Assembly: GCA_043228905.1 (NCBI GenBank)
Contig: JBHGNT010000005.1
Location: 3,720,001-3,784,000 of the forward strand
DNA from: Azolla caroliniana
Lineage: Eukaryota > Plantae > Polypodiophyta
DNA: 64,000 nucleotides
Reading direction: 5' to 3'
Position 1 is the stretch's first letter, and every line of letters begins with the position of its first letter. The position numbers and the translations under genes are program-made. Shown piece after piece: positions 25,320-36,336 of the stretch. The notes below the pieces were generated by a model. It had not been told where the DNA came from, made no database searches, and worked only from the letters and a program-made list of their open reading frames with translations.

Positions 25320-27394
25320 AGGAACTTATGGAGGAACTTGCTAATGACACTGCAAGGTTTGAACTTAGGAGTGAAGAAAGTATCCAGCGTAGTCATTTTG
25401 CTTCTATATCACTAGGAAGAAGGCAAAGACCTAATTTCTGTTTTGCACGGATTTCTTCTATTCAGTAAGTGAGCCATGGATCACATCTCTACTGTGTTTG
25501 TGGTGGGAATGTTTTATAGCATAAGAAATCATTGCAAATGTTGAATTGGATCATGAGAAGATATTATATTTGTATTTAAATCCACACATTTCCAACATAC
25601 TTTAACTACCATTTAGTGTTATACATTTCCATCATTTGATATGCAACAAGATGAATGATGAGGTGTCAGGGTAATAGCACAGATTTCTAAAACACAAAGG
25701 GTAAGGTTATGAAGCCCAAAAACATTACTCAAAAACAGGTCAATGTTTCCAAATTGGACAATACTTCGCTTATTTCTCTGTGTAAATTCTTATTTTATCT
25801 TAAAATTGTCTGATTCTTTAAAAAAACTTAGCTATAAAAATAGCTAAAAGCTTCCAAAATCCTCGAAAAAAATTAACTATTATCTCCCAATCATTATAGA
25901 ACAGAATTAACGACTGACAAAGTATGTGCAGATCCTAAAACTTTGAAGTCTCACAGTTTCACTTTGCACTCGGATAGGCAAACAATTCCTTCATCAACAA
26001 GAAAACAACAGGATTATAGAGTTCATAAGGTGAGGGGCGATGGTCGATGCATGTTCCGTGCACTGGTAAGTGTAAATCTTTAGTTTGTTGATGTTTCTAC
26101 AAGTGGCTAGTGTGCCACGCTATCTTTTATATTGATGTTTCTTCAAATGTCAGGCACTAGGCATGGCTGTTAACGATGGCATTGATTTGAATCCCTGTGA
26201 AGAAACAATCCAAGCAGGTTGGTTGTTTACAGCTTAAATTTTTACGTATTTTGACAAAATATCAGCAAAACTGTCTCTTTTGGAAATCAGTTCAAGTGAT
26301 TGTGACTTTGGTTGATTTTTATTTCAAAACAATCGGTTTGGTGGGAGAGAGAGGAATATCATTGATGATTGCATTTGACAAACATTAGCCCTGGCCCCTT
26401 TTGCAATTTATACTGGCTATTTACGTATGCGCTTATGAGGTTTAGCTCCCTTTTCACAAGTATTATTCATCACAAGCCGTATCAACGTAAAAGTTTGGTT
26501 ACAGAACATTGTAAGGCTTTACAGGCCTACATTTGTCTTTAGGTTTCCCTTTTCTACTTGTGCCTCCTGCAGGAATGTTTCTTATTATTATTTTTCACTT
26601 CCAGATGAGCTCCGCATTTCTGTTGAGGAAGCTATTTGCTTTGACAAAAAGGAGCAACGAAAGTACGAAGAGGCCTTGATTGCTATACAAATTGAAGAAC
26701 CTGTAAATCGGTGTGCATTTTGGCATTAATTGGGCAGCTTGTAGAAATTTTGGCATTAACAAAAGATTGAAGACACTTTGATTGCCATAAAGATTGAAGA
26801 ACCGTAAATCTTTGAGAGTTTTGGTATTAACTTGAGAATCCATCAAAATTTAGACTTGTTACTTTGTTTTCCGATACTGGCTGAATCAGGTATTGTGGAA
26901 GAATCAAGCATCCAGATTTTTGGGGTGGGGAACCAGAACTTCTGGTAACACTTTTTATTAAAAACTTTCAAGTATTTTCACAAGAAGTTTTACACATTTT
27001 CCCTGTAGGATTTCCCACATTTTAGTTAGCATATATCTTCATATTGTAGCTCATAACATTGTGTCACATATTTTCTAATTCATTAACCCGGACATATGCT
27101 GTAGATCTTGTCCCGGATGTATGAGCAACCAATTATTGTGTACATTCCTGAACGTGAGGTAATCATAATTGTGTTCAAATGGGCATTGAGCAGTTGATGC
27201 ATGCAAAGCTTTGGTATTTCTTTAAAATTGCACATTTTATGCAGGCAAAGAGTTCAAGCAGTCCATGGAATACAGGTTATGTTCCAATAGCTGAGTATGG
27301 TTCAGAATATTTGAAATCCAGAAAAGAGCAAGAGGCTTGCAAGCCAGTCAGGTTGCTTTACAGCGATGGCAATCACTACGATCTTCTTGTGTAA
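25320..27394 (+). CDS. OTU3: OTU-domain deubiquitinase, OTU3-like; first exon/start unresolved
   Basis: Exons give EELMEELANDTARFEL, YRVHKVRGDGRCMFRAL (catalytic D/C), DELRISVEEAIC, RYCGRIKHPDFWGGEPELL, QPIIVYIPE, YVPIAEYG and VRLLYSDGNHYDLLV* (catalytic H). Confidence 0.88.
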
Positions 27395-29581
27395 ATACAC
27401 ATACTCTTAGTTCACTGTGATGGGTGTGTGGTACAAGCATGTGTGTAGCTCATATGTCATCAATATTTCTATGAAAACTGTGCAATTCAGTCAGAGAAAA
27501 AACGCAGAACATCATGGACTTCCCAGATAAAAATGGTTGGGTACTTCAATAGGTTATGAAACCCTAATAGAAAAAGCAAGTTGGGCAGTCTTCAAAATTT
27601 CACAATATTTAGCAGTGAAAATAACTTGTAATTTCTTATCTTATTGTAAAATTGGGCGAATCTTTCAAAATCTGGTTATAAAAATAGCCAAAAGAATCTT
27701 GAAAGCATCACTGATATTCTAGTCATAAGACAGCTTTTGAGGATTTTTTGGGTGATTCAAATACTTCTCAATCAAAAAGTTGTTATTTTCCTAGGAATTG
27801 CAATTGTGTACTGAAATCTGGCTTGGGTACATGTGGTAAGGGTTGTGAATAATTTCTATCTGTAACGCCATTCAAAGTATCATATTGGTTACCATCTGGA
27901 AACTGAGGTTTAATGTAAGAAAACATGATTATGAGTGTCTTAAATTTCTGATCTCATTAACTTCTATATATGATAACCTAAATATATAGCAAATCTAATT
28001 AGAGGTTCATATTCTATAAACTACTTAATCCAAATAGCAAAGACTAAAGAATATTGGTCTGTTGTGTGTCAAACTTTGAAAATTCATCTACAGCTTCACG
28101 TTGTACAAATGATAAAGTTTGTGTCAGCAAATAAAGCAAAAATAAAGTAGGGTCATCTTATAAAGGCACTAGCAAACTTGATAATGATTATTTATTAACT
28201 ACACTATTATTTGTACTGGTCTCACTTCAGTATAGGGATGATTGATGAACATTCTCAATGATATTAAAGAGTATAGGTACAATACCAATGAAGTTTTGAA
28301 GTTCTGTAAACAGCTAAACTAATATATATCAAGTGGAGATTTCTCAGATGAACAGTAAAAGCAAAGTTCTGTACAAAAAGCGACCCAGTAATAAGAGCAA
28401 AATCCTCCTTAATGTTAAATAAAGAATTCGGAAACCAAAAGAGTTAGGTGAGAACAGCTTGTTAATGGAATTATGATACAAAGAGAGCACACTAAATACA
28501 CTAAATGATCAATGTGTCCTTTAAGCTCCTATTGGAATTAAGCAAAAGTCACAACTCTACAATTCTTTCACTTCTGGTAGAGGCAGAGAAAGATTATGCA
28601 CGTTCTTCATTCTTGCTTTTGTGTTTTACATGTCTCGTGCTAGGTGATCTCTGAACCTCTTAAGATCATACTTTGGGAGTGCAGATATCATTACAACTCA
28701 AGCACCATAAAACAAGGCGAGCATGATACGCTCTCAGAAATTATTTTAGAGATTTAACACAGCTCACTATATGCCTGAGATCCATGATAGCGGCTCGTGG
28801 CGACTCTCCGGAAGAGAGCTGTTACCCTGTTTGCGAGCGCTTTACAGAAGGTGCCCGGAGACCTGGAAATGTGGCTGGCCAGGCGTGGAGTAAGATCTGC
28901 TGTGAGGATCATGCAGTCCCTTCCGCCAAATCATTCAGCGTGTTCAGCCATTCGCATGGTCCTTCAGTGGGAGTTAGGCAGGTGCTATGGGCTTCTAACT
29001 TCCAGCTCTGCGCCCCTTAGGAAAAGGACAATTCACATCAGTGGAAATTTCATGAAAACTTTCATTAAGTGGAACAAACATGCCCATGACCACTTCCTCG
29101 GGTTACTTGGTTAGAGTAAACCTTGGGAATCTCGACCAAAAGACTGTTAGGTTTCTTACCTTAAATATAATCCTCCTTATCCTCTTAAGTTTGGATGCCC
29201 CTGCACATGCGACCATGCTTCTTAGATGTCACTTTGTATCACAAAGTACATTGAAGTCCATAGGAACAAAGAAATAAAATTCTTATCCATGCCTATGATT
29301 TTCAGAGTCACTCTTGCTGTGAAGAGAATCCTATCGAGCATGCATCTTCTGTCCTTCACTGGCAATTCTGTTCACCAAGATATAATCATTTCAAAGCTCC
29401 AATCTATTATTGGTGAAACCTGTATAATAAACAGAATATATAGTGTCATTAAATGATGTGATAGAATTTGGGCAAAAGTAGAAGAATAAGTAAAACAATA
29501 TGTATAAGGATATATATATATATATATATATCCTAAATTTCTAAAAAAGGAGCATACAATTGAAGATTTTAAGACCATATC

Positions 29582-32500
29582 TTAGCCCTCATATTCCAGT
29601 TTAGGTTGATTCTTAGGCATGATTTGTTCTTCTGAATATGTCTGCCTCTTTAAGGGTCTTGTTTCCCAGACTCTCTCCTCTACGTAACGCTTTCCTTCAC
29701 ATGTATGGACATTTAATTCATTCAAATCTTCCATTCTTTTTGAAGAAATTTCTTCTAGCTTATTCGTCATCTTCTGGCTCTCATTGAGTTCCGATTCAAT
29801 TCTCAATAACTTTGCCTACAAATTCACCAAAGAACAGAAAGTTAAGGTTGCTCCATAGATGTAAGCACACATTCAAGTGAATATATATTCAAGGCTATCA
29901 GCAAAAGAAATCATTTTGGTTCCATGTTACAAATCAATCCCTCACAAAAACAGATTTAAAAAGAAGTTACCTTGTAAACATTTGCAAGTTTTAATAGTAT
30001 ATTTGATGAGAAAAATCTCAAAATAAAGTTAAAGATTAAAAAAACAAAAGCATAAATGAGAGTAAAATGGAAGAGAAGATGGATTAGCCACAGTATGAAA
30101 ATAAAATCTTTGAAGTGGATATTTAATTTAATTTCTTCACCCTCTGAGCTCTTACCATAAACAATGTTTTTTATACACGAAAAATGGGCAGTTTGGAGAT
30201 TAAATTTACCTTGCATTCTTCCTGTTTATTAAGAAGGAATTCATCCTCATCATTATTGCAAGAATCCTGATCAGGTTTGAGCTTTCTCAACACTTCCAGT
30301 ATTCTCTACAGGTAATGAAGGACCATCATTTTTACAATGTTGAAACTATCTACACAACTTTAAAAGGAGCAAGATTTATCTCCATCAACATACCTGCTGC
30401 TCTTCTAGCTGTTCTCGTAACTGATTAAGCTCAGCTAGCTGCTTCCCGAGACAGTGTAAATTTTAGATTTGGTGCAGTGTATTAGTGGCAATATTCAAAC
30501 AATTAAAATTTCAAGACACAAAGTACCTGAACAGACAAATCAGTATTAATGTCCTCTAGGCCTACCCGCACCTCTTTCATTTTCGTGATCTGACAACATC
30601 GACATCTTTCAAGTAAGAATTAATATAGGAATTCCTTTCGAAGAGAACTTGCATCCTATTTCATTATTGTTATCAAGCTTCACCAACAACTATGCACTTA
30701 CTAGAAGGAAAATAAATGAACTCATGTTTTCCTATGAAGATAAATAGCACAATACATATGTCAAACATCATCGCAAATCTATCCTAGCAGCGCTTTTTAC
30801 ATGGAACAACTGATAGAGATATTGGAATGCCCCAATATTTACTTTCCAGAAACTACTTTGTATTAACAATCCATGAAAGAATTCTAATGGAAACGAATAT
30901 AAACTGTAAGAATTGTTAAGTTACAGAGCTCTCAATCACTAAAATGCACAAGCATATTTCAATAACCTTAGATAATAATTATGAAGGATCTTTTTAACTG
31001 AAATGCTTCAGCCATGTTTAAGTACAACAAGATCAAGAATTAAGGCAAATAATCAAAATATGCAGACATCTATGTGCATACTGTCAACAATAGATTTTCT
31101 AATAATGTATTTTCTGCATTTACGAAATCTGTTCAACAATTGTAACAAAAAGTTTATTCATCTAAAAGATAAGCTATGAATCCTTCTTCACCTGTCTACT
31201 CATTGCTAGAGGGTCCTCCAATGCTCTCCTCTTAACTGATTCCATATCATCTTTGTCTTTGAGCAATGCTTCTTTGGCCAATTTCACCTCAGAAAAAGAA
31301 GCTTCCAACTCTTTTTCCATTTGATTGTATATCCTAAATTTTCCAGAAAGACTAAGACAAAAACATACAAAATGCAGTACAAAATTCTCATCCCTTCATT
31401 ACCTTTCATCAGCTCGCGCAACGCTTTCTAGTTCAGTACATATGCCCAAGAATGCTCTTTTCGAGTAATGAAGAGCACTCAACACCTGAAGCTCTTCAGA
31501 TCCATAAGGAAACCTGAGATGGTATGGAACCTCTGTTTCCTGGGACTCTTGTAACTCTCTCAATTGTCCACGAATATTCCTCCTCTGTCTTGGTCTGTAG
31601 AATTGTTCTTGAATGCTAGGGAGAGTCGTGTTTCTACAGAATTTGTCTGTACCTCCATTCCTATTCCAAGTCTTTGGAAATTGCTTCACCAGTAAATGTG
31701 ACATTTTTTCCATCTCAGAATGACTTCTCGCATTCAATGCAGACATGTTGTCTTTCTGTGAGATAGACTGTAAATGACCATCTCTCCTCTCCTGCCTCTC
31801 CTTAGATGAAAACTCCGAGGATTGAGGCAATGGATCCTCATATGATACCTGTTTCTGCACTGTCTGCCCTTCAACACTCATGGCGGATGTGTCAATGCTA
31901 TCACTCTGAAGGACTGGCTTCAGCAATTGATCTTCAATTGCTTTGACACTCAATGTAGACATTCTATCACTCTGAAGAGGAATCTGAAAGTGTTCCTGGT
32001 TGGATGATATCTTCTTATTTTTCTGTTCAACTTCCTTCTGCAATGTTTTTATTATCTGTTCTTTCATAGTATTCATTGGAAGGTTGTTCCCTGGCTTTGC
32101 ACTCAAAGAAGATACTTGATGTTGTTGAAGTGATGTTAGAGACTCCGCAGAATTTATGGGAAAAGCTTTCTCTGATGTTAACTGTGTGTTCTTTGGAGGA
32201 ATCAACAAACCCTCCTTCCAAGTCTCAGGATATTTCTTTACAGTTAAATCAGACATATTATTTCTCTCTATAGATTCTGCAAATGTACCTTGAGGAGGAG
32301 TGAATGTATCTCTATCTTCCGATGATAGAATATCTTCCTCCCTGCATAACTTCTTATTACCGTATATTGTACAAGACGTATTTCTTTGATTGGCTGCAAT
32401 CACAGACTCTCTCACTGATGAATCATTTTCTTCTCCCTGAGGCAGCTTTTTACCTGTGTCACCACTGCAAGAAATGTTTCTTGGAAGCACTGGTACTGTT

Positions 32501-33015
32501 CTTGTATCAACAGGTAAGAAAGATGCCAAAGCACCCCTCTGGCGAGGTCTGGAAGGAAGGTTTGGTACAAAGCGAGGTTTAGGGTTTCTGTAACACTCTC
32601 TCAGAGTGGGAGAGCCAGATCGAGAGAGCTGAGATCTCTCATATTGGTCCCTCTCAGGAGGGTGAGACCGATAGAACTGTGACTTGTCATTATGATCCCT
32701 CTCGATGTCTCTCTGGGGGGAGTGGGATGGGGAGAACTGAGACTTTTCAAAATGACCTCTCCCAGAAGATCGAGACCGGGGCAGCTGAGAACTCTCACAA
32801 TGTTCGCCCTTGGGAGAGAGAGATCGGTAGAGATGAGATATCATATTATCTCCCGAAGTGGACAGAGGCCGGCATAGCTGAGATCTCACGTGATGAACTC
32901 TATGAGGATCTTGTGAATTCGTCTGATCACTAGCTTTCATGTTAAGCTTCTCTTTCTTCCCTTCAAAGAAGTGAGACACAGGAATTTGTGTTCTTTCATG
33001 ACGTCTGGATTCCAT
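29582..33015 (-). CDS. Uncharacterised ~730-aa protein: long disordered Ser/Arg/Gln-rich repeat N-terminus plus C-terminal coiled coil
   Basis: A 1613-nt first exon (33015-31403) continues in frame through exon 31333-31192, three short exons (ITKMKEVRVGLEDINTDLSVQ; LAELNQLREQLEEQQ; RILEVLRKLKP...EECK) and exon 29815-29582, all GT-AG. No family recognised. Confidence 0.75.
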
Positions 33016-33927
33016 TTTGAAAACCAGACAAGGTAAATCCTAAAACTTGTCAATGAGCTTAGGTCCTTTCCTTGAGCCTGCCTGCTTAAACCTCTACTTC
33101 TTCTTCCTTTCCTGCTACTTCAATATCCTTGTCGAGGTATCCATTAACTTCTTCTTCTTCTTCTTCTTCTCTTATTATTTATTGGTCCTTCTCAAGCTTT
33201 CCTGCATCAGTCTTTTTCTTCCTTCTTGCTACTTAGTTGATCGTTCTAACCCTTTCCCCGCTGTTATTCCTCTTCGTTTTCCTTCTACTACTTCTCATAC
33301 TTGTCAAGATTCCCGGTTAATACGTCTTCTTCTTCTTCTTCTTCTTCTTCTTCTTCTTCTTCTTTTACCTGTGCCCTGCTACGTATTTATTTATCTATAC
33401 GAGGGCTTACCGTTCGTTTCGACCTTTACTACCGCGAGCTTTCATGTCTAGCTACTCCCCGCTCCGAGTCTTCTTCTGATTCGTCGTCGTCTTCAAATCC
33501 TGCAGACACAGACAGAAGTAGGGATTGATTCCCAGCTTCTCTCGGAGATTGGGGAGGAAGAAGGGGATGTCGGGCGTTTAATCCGGCCACTTTTCATACT
33601 ACTCTCTTATACATACATATATGATATATGTATGTATGTATTATAATTTATCACGATCATTACATCTCTCTCTCTATTCAAATGTTTTCATGCTTCTTCT
33701 CTTACTTACTCTCTCTCTCTCTCTCGCGCGACTATACTTGAACATGATCTGTTCTTTAGTTCCGTACTTCTTGTGTGAGCAATTCTATGCTCAGGCAGAC
33801 AATGTCTGCACTACTCGCCCCATATCTCAGAAATAGAAAAACGATCTCCATCTCTAATTTTGGGTCAACTTTGTGTAAATTGTGCAACCACCCACTATCT
33901 AGGTGTCAAATAACATCGTGATAAGTC

Positions 33928-34298
33928 TTGCCATATTTTAGAAATGTAACTCCAAATCTAACAAGCAATCGGACATTGTATAAATCGATGAGTACTATTT
34001 TCCATTTGAACAATGCAAAAAAAAAAAGCAATTACCCGTTGCTAATCCACAACGCTTTAGAGCTAATTCCAAAGGCAATCCTCCAATCAAAACTCTCCAA
34101 ATGAAGACCGTGAAACGATTTGCCAAATTTTAAAAATGTAACTCCAAATCTACCAAGCAATCGGACATTGTATAAATCGATGAGTACTATTTTCAATTTG
34201 AACAATGCAAAAAAAAGCAATTACCCGTTGCTAATCCATGACGCTTTAGAGCTAATTCCAAAGGCAATCCTCCAATCAAAACTCTCCAAATGAAGACC
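33928..34298. repeat. ~192-bp tandem duplication (two near-identical copies)
   Basis: ttgcca...aaatgtaactccaaatcta(a/c)caagcaatcggacattgtataaatcgatgagtactattt...ctctccaaatgaagacc starts at 33928 and again at 34120. Confidence 0.95.
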
Positions 34299-35111
34299 TT
34301 TGTTACAAGTGGCAATTTATGATGCCAACTACGTTATAAGATCGGCCACCACCCATGATCAGATTTGTGTATTCTCCATTCTTCTTTAGCCTTAGATGAG
34401 AGCCATCCAAGAGACTCAACAAAGCAATGATACAAAAGATTAGTAGTCACTTGTAATAATGACGTTTGACCCTTTAAAGACCAATCAATCCACGGTTATT
34501 CTCCTGTTTGTAGAGGTAAGGGGCCTTGCATCAATGGATATATTTTGTAGTTGTTGCCAAATAAACCCATAATTAGGCGGAATGTGTAATAATTGTCGCA
34601 TTTCAACAAACTCCAAAATTCTTTGAGATGAAGCCTCAACTATATTTCCCACCTCTTTGACCCCCAAACGAAACAAACGATTAAATTGAGAGAGTAATCT
34701 CTCCTTTCTTGGCCAACATAATAACCGAGAAGACACAAGCAACTCTTTTTGCAAAGAATTACAATATTATCTACTAGATAATGGTTTCCATACACATAAT
34801 AAAGAGTGCTTCTTGCCATGAGGTCTCTCTCTCTCTCTCTCTCGGGAAACAATGGGAGCGATAAACGTAACATATCAAAATCTGTGTGGGTTCTATTGTC
34901 CCCTAGCCCCCAAATGTTCAGGTTTACCTTGGCATATACAATGGATCGTATGGCAAGCTAAACCCCTCTAAGGTGGTGGTGTAGTACTAAATTAACAATG
35001 GTCGCCACAAAGCTTAGTCATGAAACTTGGCAAGACCATATTTCCTTTCAACCTACATACCTATTTGTTGCATTTCGTGCTCATAAATACCCATCGTTGA
35101 TGTTGTTGATA

Positions 35112-35113
<2 letters not shown>

Positions 35114-35159
<46 letters not shown>
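35114..35159. repeat. (CT)n microsatellite; similar SSRs at ~23708 and ~33326 (CTT), ~38896 (GT/GA), ~39142 (CT), ~51967 (GT)
   Basis: Directly visible di- and trinucleotide runs. Confidence 0.95.
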
Positions 35160-35161
<2 letters not shown>

Positions 35162-36336
35162 AAAGGTTGCAAACACCTCACATACAATAAGAACTATTGA
35201 GAGACTACAAGCACATTGATTCACTATGAGTATCTTCAAAACTTTCACACAATAAAAACTACTCTCTTATGTGCTATTTAGACAACTTCTACATTGAAGT
35301 ACACATTTAATTGCAACTATGATAAACAGGCGTTAGAAATTCAAATGAACATAAATAGACATGCATATATATGTCATGCATACAACTACATCATAAATTT
35401 AGACTTTGCATGCATGTGTGTGTGTGTGTGTGCGCGCGTGCATATGTCTATTGTTGTGAATTCATAGCTAGTTCACCATAGAAACCAATGTTTAAAAGAT
35501 AACCAACAAATCAAAATAAGGAAGTTTCTTCCACTATCCACAATGGGTTACTATAGTTACATGACATTAATATGAACAAAGCATGATGTGAACACTGCTG
35601 CATGTATGACTCATATAAGAGTCAAGATATTCACAAAACTTTGTGCTTTTTCAAGGTTTATTCTTTAAAAATTATAACGTTCAATTATACAAACATTTTT
35701 GTACAACTTCCATTGCAAGGTAAGGATTAAAATGATACCATTGCCCTTTACAAGGATATTATAATAAACAAAGCAATAACTTCCACCAAAGTTTCCCTAA
35801 AACAAAAATGATCCCGGACCTTATGAATCTGCTCCGTATCTCCTTTTCCACAATTGGTGCATTTGAATTCAGAGTTATGGATAGAAGTTGCATTCCACAC
35901 TATGAAAGGTAGAAGCAATTGTATAATGCATGTCATGAGAGGCTTATAGATTCAACTATTCCAACTGCCCTTGTGAAAATTCAATCCACTACCAAGTTCA
36001 AGAGCATCATTAATGCACATTGACAATTTCAAATTCATAAGATAGAAAGTAGGGAATGTCTAGAAACCAATATGGCAGCACATTTTCATGTAAGTTTCAT
36101 ATTCCTATAAAATATTCAAGTTGAACCAGGTTCTCGACGCTTCAAAAAAACATGTTACACTCCGATGGTTAGATATACACTTACGAACAATGAATAGATA
36201 TCAAGCGTGGGTAGACCATTAATGCTGATTCGACCCTTCAACCCTTACCTTATTTTAAGGTATAATTATTCATATTGTACAAGAGGCTGTAGCAATTGCA
36301 GGGACACTTTTAAGCATCGACAACAAAGATACACAT

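Noticed and set aside
28780-29030. GC-rich segment considered as RNase MRP, SRP or telomerase RNA, or as a plus-strand gene
   Set aside because: No convincing conserved ncRNA motifs or telomere template, and the plus-strand ORFs lack homology. It is better explained as a decayed minus-strand exon.
29500-29535. ATATCCTT as a U12 (AT-AC) intron donor
   Set aside because: It arises at the end of a (TA)n microsatellite inside an ordinary GT-AG intron.
28600-33505. In-frame TAA/TAG/TGA codons flanking the orphan gene read as U-to-C RNA-editing sites or a recoded genetic code
   Set aside because: U-to-C editing in ferns is organellar, frameshifts are also needed, and all neighbouring genes use standard stops.
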